From contig CALEBN010000066.1 of the NCBI GenBank assembly GCA_937943045.1, positions 11,670-75,669 of the forward strand: 64,000 nt of DNA. Reading direction: 5' to 3'. Within the stretch, counting starts at the first letter, position 1. Every line of letters begins with the position of its first letter. The notes beneath the pieces were generated by a model. That model worked only from the letters and a program-made list of their open reading frames with translations. It searched no databases and was not told the origin of the DNA. Position numbers and translations under genes: made by a program. Positions 28,300 to 36,781 of the stretch are shown one piece after another. This DNA comes from an uncultured Collinsella sp. (GTDB lineage: Bacteria; Actinomycetota; Coriobacteriia; Coriobacteriales; Coriobacteriaceae).

Positions 28300-28346
28300 G
28301 GCAATATCTATCGCTCGGCTAGATAAGCGCTGATTATCAGGCGTAT
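28300..28346 (+). repeat. internal partial att copy
   Basis: ACGGCAATATCTATCGCTCGGCTAGATAAGCGCTGATTATCAGGCGTAT is ~80% identical to 26900-26946 (the end of attL plus 25 nt beyond). 19 nt are identical: CGCTGATTATCAGGCGTAT at 26928-26946 and 28328-28346. Confidence 0.7.
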
Positions 28347-28649
28347 CAGCCAACCAAACACAGCGTTTACCAAGTGTCGGAGGAAGGAAAGCCCAATGAG
28401 CCAAAAGAACCGCCCGTTTGCTGTTACGGCAGAACTCGTCCCGTCTCTGATTTCCACTGCAATCAACGATTGCGCCCCATCAGCCTATCAGCCGCTTTAC
28501 GCAACAAGCCCGACCATCTGACGAAGCGTTCATGATCAATCTTGAAAATGGCACTGCCACGATGAGCGATGCCAGCATTCTGGCTTTTGTTTGCGGCAAA
28601 CCACAAACAGAGCCTTCAGCCACATCTTCACGTTTTCTTGGAGGAACAA

Positions 28650-29552
28650 ATGCGCAAACAAGCATTGCTCATCCCATTGTTGGCTTCATGTATCCTGCTG
28701 AGCGGCTGCGCAAGTCAGGGGACAAAACTCGACCAGCAGATTGCCTCAATCGGAAAAATTACCGCCGACTCTTGGGACGAGCTTCAGTCTCTTAATAGCC
28801 AATATAAAGAACTTGATGCTAGCGGGAAGCGGGATGTTAAACACTACAAAGACTTGGAAAGCGCCCTCGTAGAATGCTCGAAGCTCAGAACCGACCAGCA
28901 ATTTAGCAAAGATTTGAAAAAGTCGATCCATTGGCGGCAAAAACACGCGGACGATACGGATCAGGGTGTTTTAGTAGATGCTGAGCTAGCAAAGCTAGAA
29001 AAATACCGTTCCGCAGATTTCTCCAGCGACACGGTTAAGAACTCTTGCACCAAGTATTTGGAAGGACTCGACACCCAAAAAGCCGCCCTCGGCGAAGCCC
29101 TTAAATCGGACGAGCAAATTGAATGGCAAAAGGGCATGGTTCTTCGTTACGAAGCGCTCAACGAGCTTTATGAGGAGATAGGATTCCTTGCCACGGACGA
29201 TGACTTTGTCTCTAATTACATCGCAGGACTAGACAAACAGAAGAAGCTGCTAACAGCTCTCGAAGCCATTGAGGCCGATATCGACAGCCAGACCGACCGA
29301 ATCGACAACGAGGTAACATGGACTGACTATTCTGCCAGCTTCGAGGTCGACAACAACACCGACTATCAATTTGATTCGGCTTGGGAATGTTCGCTAAAAA
29401 ATGAGTCGGGCACCGTGACTGAAAATTCAACATGCCAAGTTGATAACATTAAGCCTCATTCTAGATATACGGTGACGTTCTACTTCTCCAATCCCGATAG
29501 CGGTTATGGTGGATGCGAATGGAATAACTACTACACGGATATTGTCTATTAA
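28650..29552 (+). CDS. lipoprotein of unknown function
   Basis: From the ATG after GGAGG: MRKQALLIPLLASCILLSGC (lipobox). 300 aa. Confidence 0.65.
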   Translation: MRKQALLIPLLASCILLSGCASQGTKLDQQIASIGKITADSWDELQSLNSQYKELDASGKRDVKHYKDLESALVECSKLRTDQQFSKDLKKSIHWRQKHADDTDQGVLVDAELAKLEKYRSADFSSDTVKNSCTKYLEGLDTQKAALGEALKSDEQIEWQKGMVLRYEALNELYEEIGFLATDDDFVSNYIAGLDKQKKLLTALEAIEADIDSQTDRIDNEVTWTDYSASFEVDNNTDYQFDSAWECSLKNESGTVTENSTCQVDNIKPHSRYTVTFYFSNPDSGYGGCEWNNYYTDIVY

Positions 29553-29583
29553 GGCCATCTTTCAATAACCATTAATTAATAGA

Positions 29584-30396
29584 GTGACCATGGAACCATT
29601 GAATTGCAAGCTCATCGACCTTTGCGCCGATGAAGAAAACCCTGAAGGGCGCAAATTAGCCCATGAAACCCTAGCCCGTCTCTGCGTTGCTATTGAGCGA
29701 ACCGCAGAGACCAACCAATCCAAAGGAAAAGTCGATCAGCCCAACGACAGCGCACCAAGCACGTGCATCAAAATCCGTTCTGAAGCACGTCGCATCTCAC
29801 GGCACCTCAGGGCTCGCAAGAGATCCGTCATAGCCTTCGCCGTATTGTTCGCATTACTTATCGCCAGCACGGCTATTGGAGTCCATTCATATAGCGAGCA
29901 GGTTGAGAGCTACAACGCACTTTCCGCTAAGTACGATTCTCTTTCAGATGACTATGATGATGCGTTCGACAAGGCAACTCTTTTGCAAGATAACAACAAC
30001 AAGCTGCGGAGCCGCATCGAAAAGATACAGAACGAAAAAGCAGATTTAAGTCGAGAGCTTACTCTCTATAAAGACCAGCAGGCAACTATCGACGATGAGA
30101 AAGCGAAGCTCGAAGAACTCCACTCCCAGCTTGATGCTCTTCAAAGCGAGCGCGATGAACTCCAAAAACAGGTTGATGCGAAGAAACTGGAGCAAGAGCG
30201 CGCCCAACGGGAGGCTGAACAAAACCGCATCCAAAGTGAAGCTCAGGCCACGCAGGGCCAAACCGTGTACTGGGTCTCGGGCGGCAGCGTCTACCACACC
30301 ACGCCAAACTGCCCAACGCTGAAACGCTCATCTGGAATTCACAGCGGAAGCATCTCCGCAAGCGGTAAAAGCCGCTGTTGCAAGGTCTGCGGATAA
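29584..30396 (+). CDS. single-pass membrane coiled-coil protein with a C-terminal YH..PNC...CCKVC Cys/His knuckle
   Basis: 270 aa. TM helix VIAFAVLFALLIASTAIGV, a heptad-rich Glu/Lys/Gln segment, and C-terminal VYWVSGGSVYHTTPNCPTLKRS...GKSRCCKVCG. Confidence 0.6.
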   Translation: MTMEPLNCKLIDLCADEENPEGRKLAHETLARLCVAIERTAETNQSKGKVDQPNDSAPSTCIKIRSEARRISRHLRARKRSVIAFAVLFALLIASTAIGVHSYSEQVESYNALSAKYDSLSDDYDDAFDKATLLQDNNNKLRSRIEKIQNEKADLSRELTLYKDQQATIDDEKAKLEELHSQLDALQSERDELQKQVDAKKLEQERAQREAEQNRIQSEAQATQGQTVYWVSGGSVYHTTPNCPTLKRSSGIHSGSISASGKSRCCKVCG

Positions 30397-30521
30397 CAGT
30401 GAAATAGCTGCATAATGATAATTAAACTTGGAGGAGGGTGCATGATGCCCTTCCTCCAAGTCATTCTCCATGGCCTCTACGGCACATTCTATTGCCTTTC
30501 AGTTTTAGACCAGACCAAGAG

Positions 30522-31511
30522 CTATGCAGCCTTGGAACGTTTCCTATAGTCTTGCCAGTTGGGCAACAAAACATATTTCCTAAGGAGATAGCGAACCTGT
30601 TCCATATTCCAACCCTTTGTTGGCACTTGTTTTTCGAAGAGTTTGACCAGTGATGCCACTGTTTTCAGGTTGAAGCTATATCTAGCAGAATCAACCTCTT
30701 CAAGAGAATAATAAAACGGCGGCCTCTCCGCTCCTTCTTTAAGTCCGAACGAGGTGCACGATTCAATCCTATTTATTGAACCATAGTCCGACAATAACCA
30801 GGGACTTTTCTCAGCAAGGGAACTCTCCCACGTTGCCTTAAATCGCCCAAGTACGTACTCAGACATATCAGACCACTCGCCGTGTTTTATTACATCAGCA
30901 AGAGATTTATATCCATGTTTGCGAACATACTCGATGCGATACGAATCAAAAGACTCTCGATACTCTTCGTCATAGTAAAGAGGATGGTCTCCCCAATATA
31001 CGATCACCTCCTTTTTTACTTCAACCCAATCTATCTTTGCAGCGCGGTCGACAATAAGACTCCTTCTTTTGCCGCTCAGCTTGGATGTCAGCTCTTGAAA
31101 TAGGTCATCGTCTATCTTCTTGTCTTTTTTTGCATAATAAAGACGATCCCCATATAGTCCAAAATATTTAGAAAGCTCGCCATTGGTCAGTCTTGCCGTC
31201 TGCCACTGTCCATTTGCTGTATGGTACATATTTCGCGTATATTCTCGAACGAACAGTGACCCAAATAGGATGGAAAACTCTTCCTCGGTTTCCGACTTCC
31301 TCCCGTTCGTCTTTCTCCCGTCGACTCTCGCCAGCGGCTCCTCGTAGACCTCGTTTACAACAAACAATCGATTGGTCGGCCTCTCATAACGGCAATACAG
31401 TTCCCAATGCTTCAGTTGCAGTTGCTTCGACTTGCCCGTTTTTGGTTTCTCGTGAAATAGCTCACACATTTCCTTGTAGCTGTACTCTCCAACTTTTAGC
31501 CCTAAATCCAA
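30522..31511 (-). CDS. hypothetical protein (329 aa), no recognisable family
   Basis: Long AT-rich ORF on the same strand as, and downstream of, the serine recombinase gene. Lys/Glu/Tyr-rich, no TM helix. Confidence 0.55.
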   Translation of the reverse strand: MDLGLKVGEYSYKEMCELFHEKPKTGKSKQLQLKHWELYCRYERPTNRLFVVNEVYEEPLARVDGRKTNGRKSETEEEFSILFGSLFVREYTRNMYHTANGQWQTARLTNGELSKYFGLYGDRLYYAKKDKKIDDDLFQELTSKLSGKRRSLIVDRAAKIDWVEVKKEVIVYWGDHPLYYDEEYRESFDSYRIEYVRKHGYKSLADVIKHGEWSDMSEYVLGRFKATWESSLAEKSPWLLSDYGSINRIESCTSFGLKEGAERPPFYYSLEEVDSARYSFNLKTVASLVKLFEKQVPTKGWNMEQVRYLLRKYVLLPNWQDYRKRSKAA

Positions 31512-31926
31512 ATAAACCTCCTATCAATCCAACTGAACTACCTTCCTGCACGAATTTAATTTGTCACTATAAATTTTTATTAACTTATAGATGCTCGATT
31601 TCATCTCGCATAATTTGTCACCAATCAACTACCATATATAATTAAATTATTTAGGGACTTGAAAGGTGACAAATATAAACATTTGCTACGTCTCGAAGAG
31701 ATGTAGCAAACTATAAGTAATGCGAGATTGATATTGTTAAACATGCAGGTAGATACGTTAGTAAGTAGCGGATATAAACTTACCTCCCTTAATTAAAATT
31801 ACCAACTCCGCTATTTAGGTACAGTGAAAGTATCCCCTAGCATGTAACGGCTATACGCCAAACCATCAATATCAATTCCCTATTTCGCGATATAGTTTTG
31901 AGCTATCGAGTTTATATGTTTGATTT

Positions 31927-32502
31927 TTATTTACCACGACATACATTTTTGTTGCCAGCTTCTCTATATAGAGTGCTCCTGCTGATACCAGTCTTTTCAC
32001 ATATCTCTTTAACCGACTTCGTTCTGTCGTTTCCAAATAGATAGAGAGCCATGTTGAGAGCGTCTTCATCAACATTAGGTCTGCCGAACTTCACACCTTG
32101 CTTCATAGCGGCCTCCCTGCCCTCGGCAGCATTCTCAAGGATGATCTGCCTCTGGAACTCAGCAATCGCTGACAGCATATGAAATATCAACTTGCCTGCT
32201 GGAGTGGTTGTATCGATAGCCTCTTTCTTGCTATGAACCTCGACATGCATCTGTTCGAAGGTCTCCATAAGGTCAATTAGGTCTTTAGTACTCCTGCCAA
32301 GTCGAGACAACTCAGTGATATAGACTTCATCGCCCTCGCGCAGACGAGAGAGCATATCTTTCAGAGCAGGACGATTGGCGTTCTTGCCCGAAGCCTTATC
32401 GATAAATATCTGGTTATCCTTTAAGCCAAGCTCATGCGCATATTCAAGCTGCCTTGCCTCGTTCTGTTCCTTTGTTGAGCAGCGAGCGTAGAGAAACTTC
32501 AT
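31927..32502 (-). CDS. serine recombinase (resolvase/invertase size class)
   Basis: 191 aa. YARCSTKEQ catalytic Ser motif, RLGRS, GRP, and a C-terminal HTH (TGISRSTLYRE). Confidence 0.9.
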   Translation of the reverse strand: MKFLYARCSTKEQNEARQLEYAHELGLKDNQIFIDKASGKNANRPALKDMLSRLREGDEVYITELSRLGRSTKDLIDLMETFEQMHVEVHSKKEAIDTTTPAGKLIFHMLSAIAEFQRQIILENAAEGREAAMKQGVKFGRPNVDEDALNMALYLFGNDRTKSVKEICEKTGISRSTLYREAGNKNVCRGK

Positions 32503-32518
32503 CGCGTGCCTCCAATTC

Positions 32519-32572
32519 CTATATGTCTCAAAAGTCCTATTAGTATTTTATATTGAGACATATACTTTTGGA
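32519..32572. promoter_or_regulatory. candidate res/recombinase binding site upstream of the serine recombinase gene
   Basis: ATATGTCTCAA-N21-TTGAGACATAT inverted repeat, with a third CATGTCTCAAA half-site near 32628. TGTC-type half sites are known for resolvases. Confidence 0.35.
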
Positions 32573-33247
32573 ATATCTTTTAGGACACTATTTGATTCAA
32601 AAGACTCACTTGGGGAGTGGTATTTCTCATGTCTCAAATGTTATGAATTTTGGGATACACCGTAACGCAGCTCAACTCTCTTACGCACTCCCAGCTTGCA
32701 AAAGATGCGTTACCTCATAAGCCCCTACCCCAGTCTGTTTTGTCGCATACGGGGTGTTTTACACTTTGGCCTCAACTTCTACTTGGCAGACCCCATCTAT
32801 GTAGTTGATATCAACATGACAGGAAGAATAAATTCCTCCGACCGTCTACCTTCACTGTAAATAGCGTATTACCAAGGCATAATCGCCAATGCTATCGAGA
32901 AGACCGCTAGCTGCCTAAAACGCCTTGAATCTTCGCGCCCTGAGAAATGCCAGCAGGAAGCGGCACCGTTCGCCCTTTTAGTCAAAATGAAAGCCCGTGT
33001 CCTTGATACAATCTCATCTACCACACCGCAACATCCATATATTTGGATGGAGCTTCACAATGGCATAGCTGCCGCTTTGTGTATGCAAACAGGCGAATTG
33101 GAGGGCACCCGCCTTTCAAGGTCTGTTCGCATATGCATGTGAAGCCTTGCGGTGTGGTAACTGTGGTAGGTGTCCTCCACATCGCTTCATTTAGTTGATG
33201 TGCTTCTCCCCTTCCACTTTGTCGGAATTTCTTTGGAAGGAGAGGTC

Positions 33248-34384
33248 ATGCCCCTTATCAACTGCCCAGAATGCGGGAAGCAAGTTTCAGACAAAGCTCC
33301 GACCTGCCCAAATTGTGGCTTTCCGCTGAACAGCATCTCCAGCAACGAAGCAACCAGCAGTACAGAAGATACTCAAAGCGACCAGCCAGAATCTGTGACC
33401 GAGAAGCAAAAAGATGGTTCCTCGAATGAAGCGCAGGACAATAATAAGCTCCCCGATACGCAAACGAAAAAGCCAGCGCAAGAGGGGCAAAAGAAAAAGA
33501 AGCAAGTCGTTTCAGGCAAAATGAAATTGACAGCAGCAGTACTCGGCATAGTCGCAGTCGCAGAAATTGCCGTTGGGGCTATGCTTGCATCGAACATCAT
33601 CTGCATACACGAGTGGAGCGGAAACAACTGTTGCCAAGTCAATCACTGCTATAAATGCGGAAAAGTCGATCCGAATGGAAAGATTGACCCCGATGCACAC
33701 AGCTGGAACTCTGCAACGTGCACCGAACCGAAAACTTGTGTCAACTGTAGGAAAACCGTCGGAGAGAAAAACCCAGACAATCATTGCTTCGAGGACAGAA
33801 GCGATGGCTCAAAAGTCTGTACGCGCTGTGGAAAGATAATTCCAGCCCCGAATAGCACCGACGAAGCGGGAGACGATAGCCCTTCAACCACAACTAGTCA
33901 GTCATCTGAAGACAACAACCAAACCGCGACAGAGGAGACCGCCCCTTCCGCATTTTCCTTTTCCCCTAGCTCCTTCAATAGAAAGCTCAAAAGCAATCTA
34001 GACGCAGACGTTATCGACAAGAGCACCGATGAGCTTATTTCCTATGTGTTTGTTGATGACATAAAGAACCCCGATATGTACGCAATGCTCTCTTTTACGA
34101 CAATGGACGGGCAGAGCAATCTGACAAAGAGCAGCAGGTATGACAGCTCCTGCAACCCGTCCCCCCTCCTCATGATTGACACCACGAAATGCGACTCAGC
34201 GATTGTTGCACGTGGATTCATAATGGCCTGCGATTCCTCACTCTCAAAAACCGATGCTCAGGAAGTCGTTACAAATCTTGCAAACAGCGTCGAAGGCAAT
34301 AGTGGGTCTACAAGCAAGAACGGGATTAACTATATTTTGGCAGGCGATGGCGAGAAAGTCATGCTTAGGGCAACAGTCGCATAG
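33248..34384 (+). CDS. zinc-ribbon / TM / Cys-rich extracellular protein of unknown function
   Basis: MPLINCPECGKQVSDKAPTCPNCG, a Ser/Thr/Glu linker, a TM helix (LTAAVLGIVAVAEIAVGAMLA), then about 14 Cys in CxxC-like pairs and an unknown C-terminal domain. SD GGAAGGAGAGG. Confidence 0.65.
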   Translation: MPLINCPECGKQVSDKAPTCPNCGFPLNSISSNEATSSTEDTQSDQPESVTEKQKDGSSNEAQDNNKLPDTQTKKPAQEGQKKKKQVVSGKMKLTAAVLGIVAVAEIAVGAMLASNIICIHEWSGNNCCQVNHCYKCGKVDPNGKIDPDAHSWNSATCTEPKTCVNCRKTVGEKNPDNHCFEDRSDGSKVCTRCGKIIPAPNSTDEAGDDSPSTTTSQSSEDNNQTATEETAPSAFSFSPSSFNRKLKSNLDADVIDKSTDELISYVFVDDIKNPDMYAMLSFTTMDGQSNLTKSSRYDSSCNPSPLLMIDTTKCDSAIVARGFIMACDSSLSKTDAQEVVTNLANSVEGNSGSTSKNGINYILAGDGEKVMLRATVA

Positions 34385-34685
34385 GCTCCTCAATCCACAC
34401 AATGCAATGTCTGGCACCGTAGCGTACTTCGCTACGGTGCCCTTTCTTTCAAACTGCGATTTCAATTGATGTACGCTCAGCCTATAGCAAAATTGCACGC
34501 TGGGAGCGAAATTAAGGCTTGGAATTGCACTGATGGGCATTTACTCCAATCCCATCCCCAACGGGGCAAATAGGCCTCATTTCCTTTGATTTAACCCAAT
34601 AAACGAACCCTTTTACCATGGCATAGACAACCCCATAGCTACAATCATGTTGTCGTGCTTGAGTCTCTGAAAGGAGATCCAAGCT

Positions 34686-35882
34686 ATGTCGAATAGGAAA
34701 GATAACAAGGGTCGAGTTCTCCATCGCGGAGAAGGCCAGCGCCCAGACGGTCGCTACTCATTCAAATACACCAATTGGATGGGAAAGACCTGCTTTGTCT
34801 ATTCGTGGACTTTGACAATTCACGACCAAACGCCGCACGGCAAAAAGAGAGACCTCTGCTTAAGACAAAAAGAGCAGCAGGTTCAAAAAGACCTCTTCGA
34901 CCACATTGCACCTGAGAACATGAACGTCATGACTCTGGTTGAGAACTACCTTGCGACCAAGGTTGCGGTACGAAAGACAACCGTTAGCGCCTATAAAACC
35001 GTCACCAATTACCTGAAAACAGACAGCTTCAGCAAAGCCAAAATATCAAACATTACGGTGTTGGACGCAAAGAAATGGCTTATCCACCTTCAGCAAGATG
35101 TTGGAAAGGGCTATAGCAGCGTCTGTAGCATCCGAGGCATACTCAGGCCAGCCTTTCAACTTGCTGAGGAATGTGGCCTCATCAGAAGAAACCCCTTTAA
35201 CTTCGAGCTTATCAATGTGCTTGTCAACGATACGGTATCCAGAGAATCGTTAAGCGTTAGACAGGAACGGCTATTCCTTGAATTTATGCGCTCGGATCAT
35301 CACTTCTCGCGCTACTTTGAGACTTACTTCATCTTGTTGAACACTGGACTCAGAATTTCTGAATACTGCGGCCTGACCCTTGATGACATTGACTTCGAAA
35401 ATCACTGCATACGCGTTCAAAAGCAACTCCATCGTGCGAGAGATATGCAGTATTACGTTGAAGAACCAAAGACGAAATCTGGTATGAGGTATATCCCCAT
35501 GACCGCTTCTGTCGAAAAGGCCTTCCACAGTCTCATCGGACAGAGGGCGCAACCAAAAGAAGAGCCTGTTATTGATGGGGTAAGGGGCTTCATCTGCCTA
35601 GACAAGAATGAGATGCCATGCGTTGCTCTGCATTGGGAACATAGGCTCAAACGCGCCATCATTAAGCACAACCGCATCTATAAGGAAGAGCTGCCTCATA
35701 TAACTCCGCACCAGCTCAGGCACACTTTCTGCAGCCGAATGGCACGCGCTGGCATGAGTCCGGCAAAGCTCAGATACATTATGGGGCACTCAGATATCAA
35801 CACCACCTACAACGTTTACACCCATCTTGGGCTTGAAGATATTCAAGACGAGATGCTTGCTATTGAACAAAACCGCAGGTAG
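34686..35882 (+). CDS. int: tyrosine-type site-specific integrase
   Basis: 398 aa. SAM-like N-terminal domain, then C-terminal RISE..., HQLRHTF, GHSDINTTYNVYTH (R-H-R-Y catalytic pattern). Confidence 0.92.
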   Translation: MSNRKDNKGRVLHRGEGQRPDGRYSFKYTNWMGKTCFVYSWTLTIHDQTPHGKKRDLCLRQKEQQVQKDLFDHIAPENMNVMTLVENYLATKVAVRKTTVSAYKTVTNYLKTDSFSKAKISNITVLDAKKWLIHLQQDVGKGYSSVCSIRGILRPAFQLAEECGLIRRNPFNFELINVLVNDTVSRESLSVRQERLFLEFMRSDHHFSRYFETYFILLNTGLRISEYCGLTLDDIDFENHCIRVQKQLHRARDMQYYVEEPKTKSGMRYIPMTASVEKAFHSLIGQRAQPKEEPVIDGVRGFICLDKNEMPCVALHWEHRLKRAIIKHNRIYKEELPHITPHQLRHTFCSRMARAGMSPAKLRYIMGHSDINTTYNVYTHLGLEDIQDEMLAIEQNRR

Positions 35883-36120
35883 ACATTGGTAGTAAAAATT
35901 TGAGCCGTACTACGTTTTTACTACTTTTGCTTCTACTTTTGACTGATTTCTGGCCTTAATAAAGTGGATTCTCCACCCTATATTGGAAACTGATTTTTAG
36001 AGCCATTCAGCTCGTTGAATGCAGTAGAAGTGTTGGGGATAAAGGTCTTATCTTGTTATTATCGCAGGTAGAAATAACTATTTGACCCTGTCCCTTTGCC
36101 ACATCACATCGGGGCGCGGC

Positions 36121-36213
36121 TGCGATACTCGAGCTTGATGATGGCGATCGAAAGGAAACCGCATATGCAATGCGTACTGTTTATCTGCCATGGGAACATC
36201 TGCCGCTCGACGA
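36121..36213 (+). repeat. attR-like direct repeat (overlaps the promoter and 5' end of the LMW-PTP gene)
   Basis: Partner of 26829-26921. Confidence 0.85.
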
Positions 36214-36611
36214 TGGCCGAGTCGGTGTTTACCGAGCTGGTGCACCGCGCCGGACGCGCGGGCGAGTTTGTCATTGATTCCGCTGCGACCTCGACCGAGG
36301 AGATCGGCAACCCGCCACACCACGGTACCGTTGCCAAGCTACGCGAGGTCGGGATTCCCGTCGTCGCACATCGCGCGCGTCAGGTGCGTCGTGCAGAGTA
36401 TGGCAACTGGGATCACATTGTCTATATGGACGATGAAAACGCCCGCGGCCTGCACCGTATCTTTGGCAAGGACCCCGATGGCAAGATCTCGCGCCTGCTC
36501 GATTGGACCGATCGCCCCGGCGACGTGGCCGACCCCTGGTACACCGGCAATTTCGATGCCACCTACCGCGATGTGCTCGCCGGTTGCACCGCTATGCTCG
36601 AGCAGCTGTAG
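36165..36611 (+). CDS. low-molecular-weight protein-tyrosine phosphatase
   Basis: MQCVLFICHGNICRSTMAE (CX5R(S/T) P-loop) and DPWY motif. 148 aa. Confidence 0.9.
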   Translation: MQCVLFICHGNICRSTMAESVFTELVHRAGRAGEFVIDSAATSTEEIGNPPHHGTVAKLREVGIPVVAHRARQVRRAEYGNWDHIVYMDDENARGLHRIFGKDPDGKISRLLDWTDRPGDVADPWYTGNFDATYRDVLAGCTAMLEQL

Positions 36612-36657
36612 GCGCTCGGGCGGCGCGGATATACGGGCCACGCCATCGGTATAAAAC

Positions 36658-36779
36658 GAGCGTGGATTTTCTCCCGCATACAAATTGAGCGTGGATAATC
36701 TCCCACTTTGAGCGTTCAAGGGCGCCCTAAACGGGAGAAAATCCACGCTCATTATCTCGGTGGAAGATTATCCACGCTC
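36658..36779. repeat. nested A-B-A'-B' 19-bp repeat block between convergent genes
   Basis: A GAGCGTGGATTTTCTCCCG (36658-36676), B GAGCGTGGATAATCTCCCA (36687-36705), A' the exact reverse complement of A (36732-36750), B' the reverse complement of B with 1 mismatch (36761-36779). Confidence 0.85.
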
Positions 36780-36781
36780 GG

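Larger units (their letters stand above)
26829..36213. mobile_element. ~9.4 kb AT-rich integrative island inserted in the 5' end of the LMW-PTP gene
   Basis: Bounded by 93-bp imperfect direct repeats (26829-26921 and 36121-36213). Sharp drop in GC. Tyrosine integrase next to the right repeat, plus a serine recombinase inside. Confidence 0.85.
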
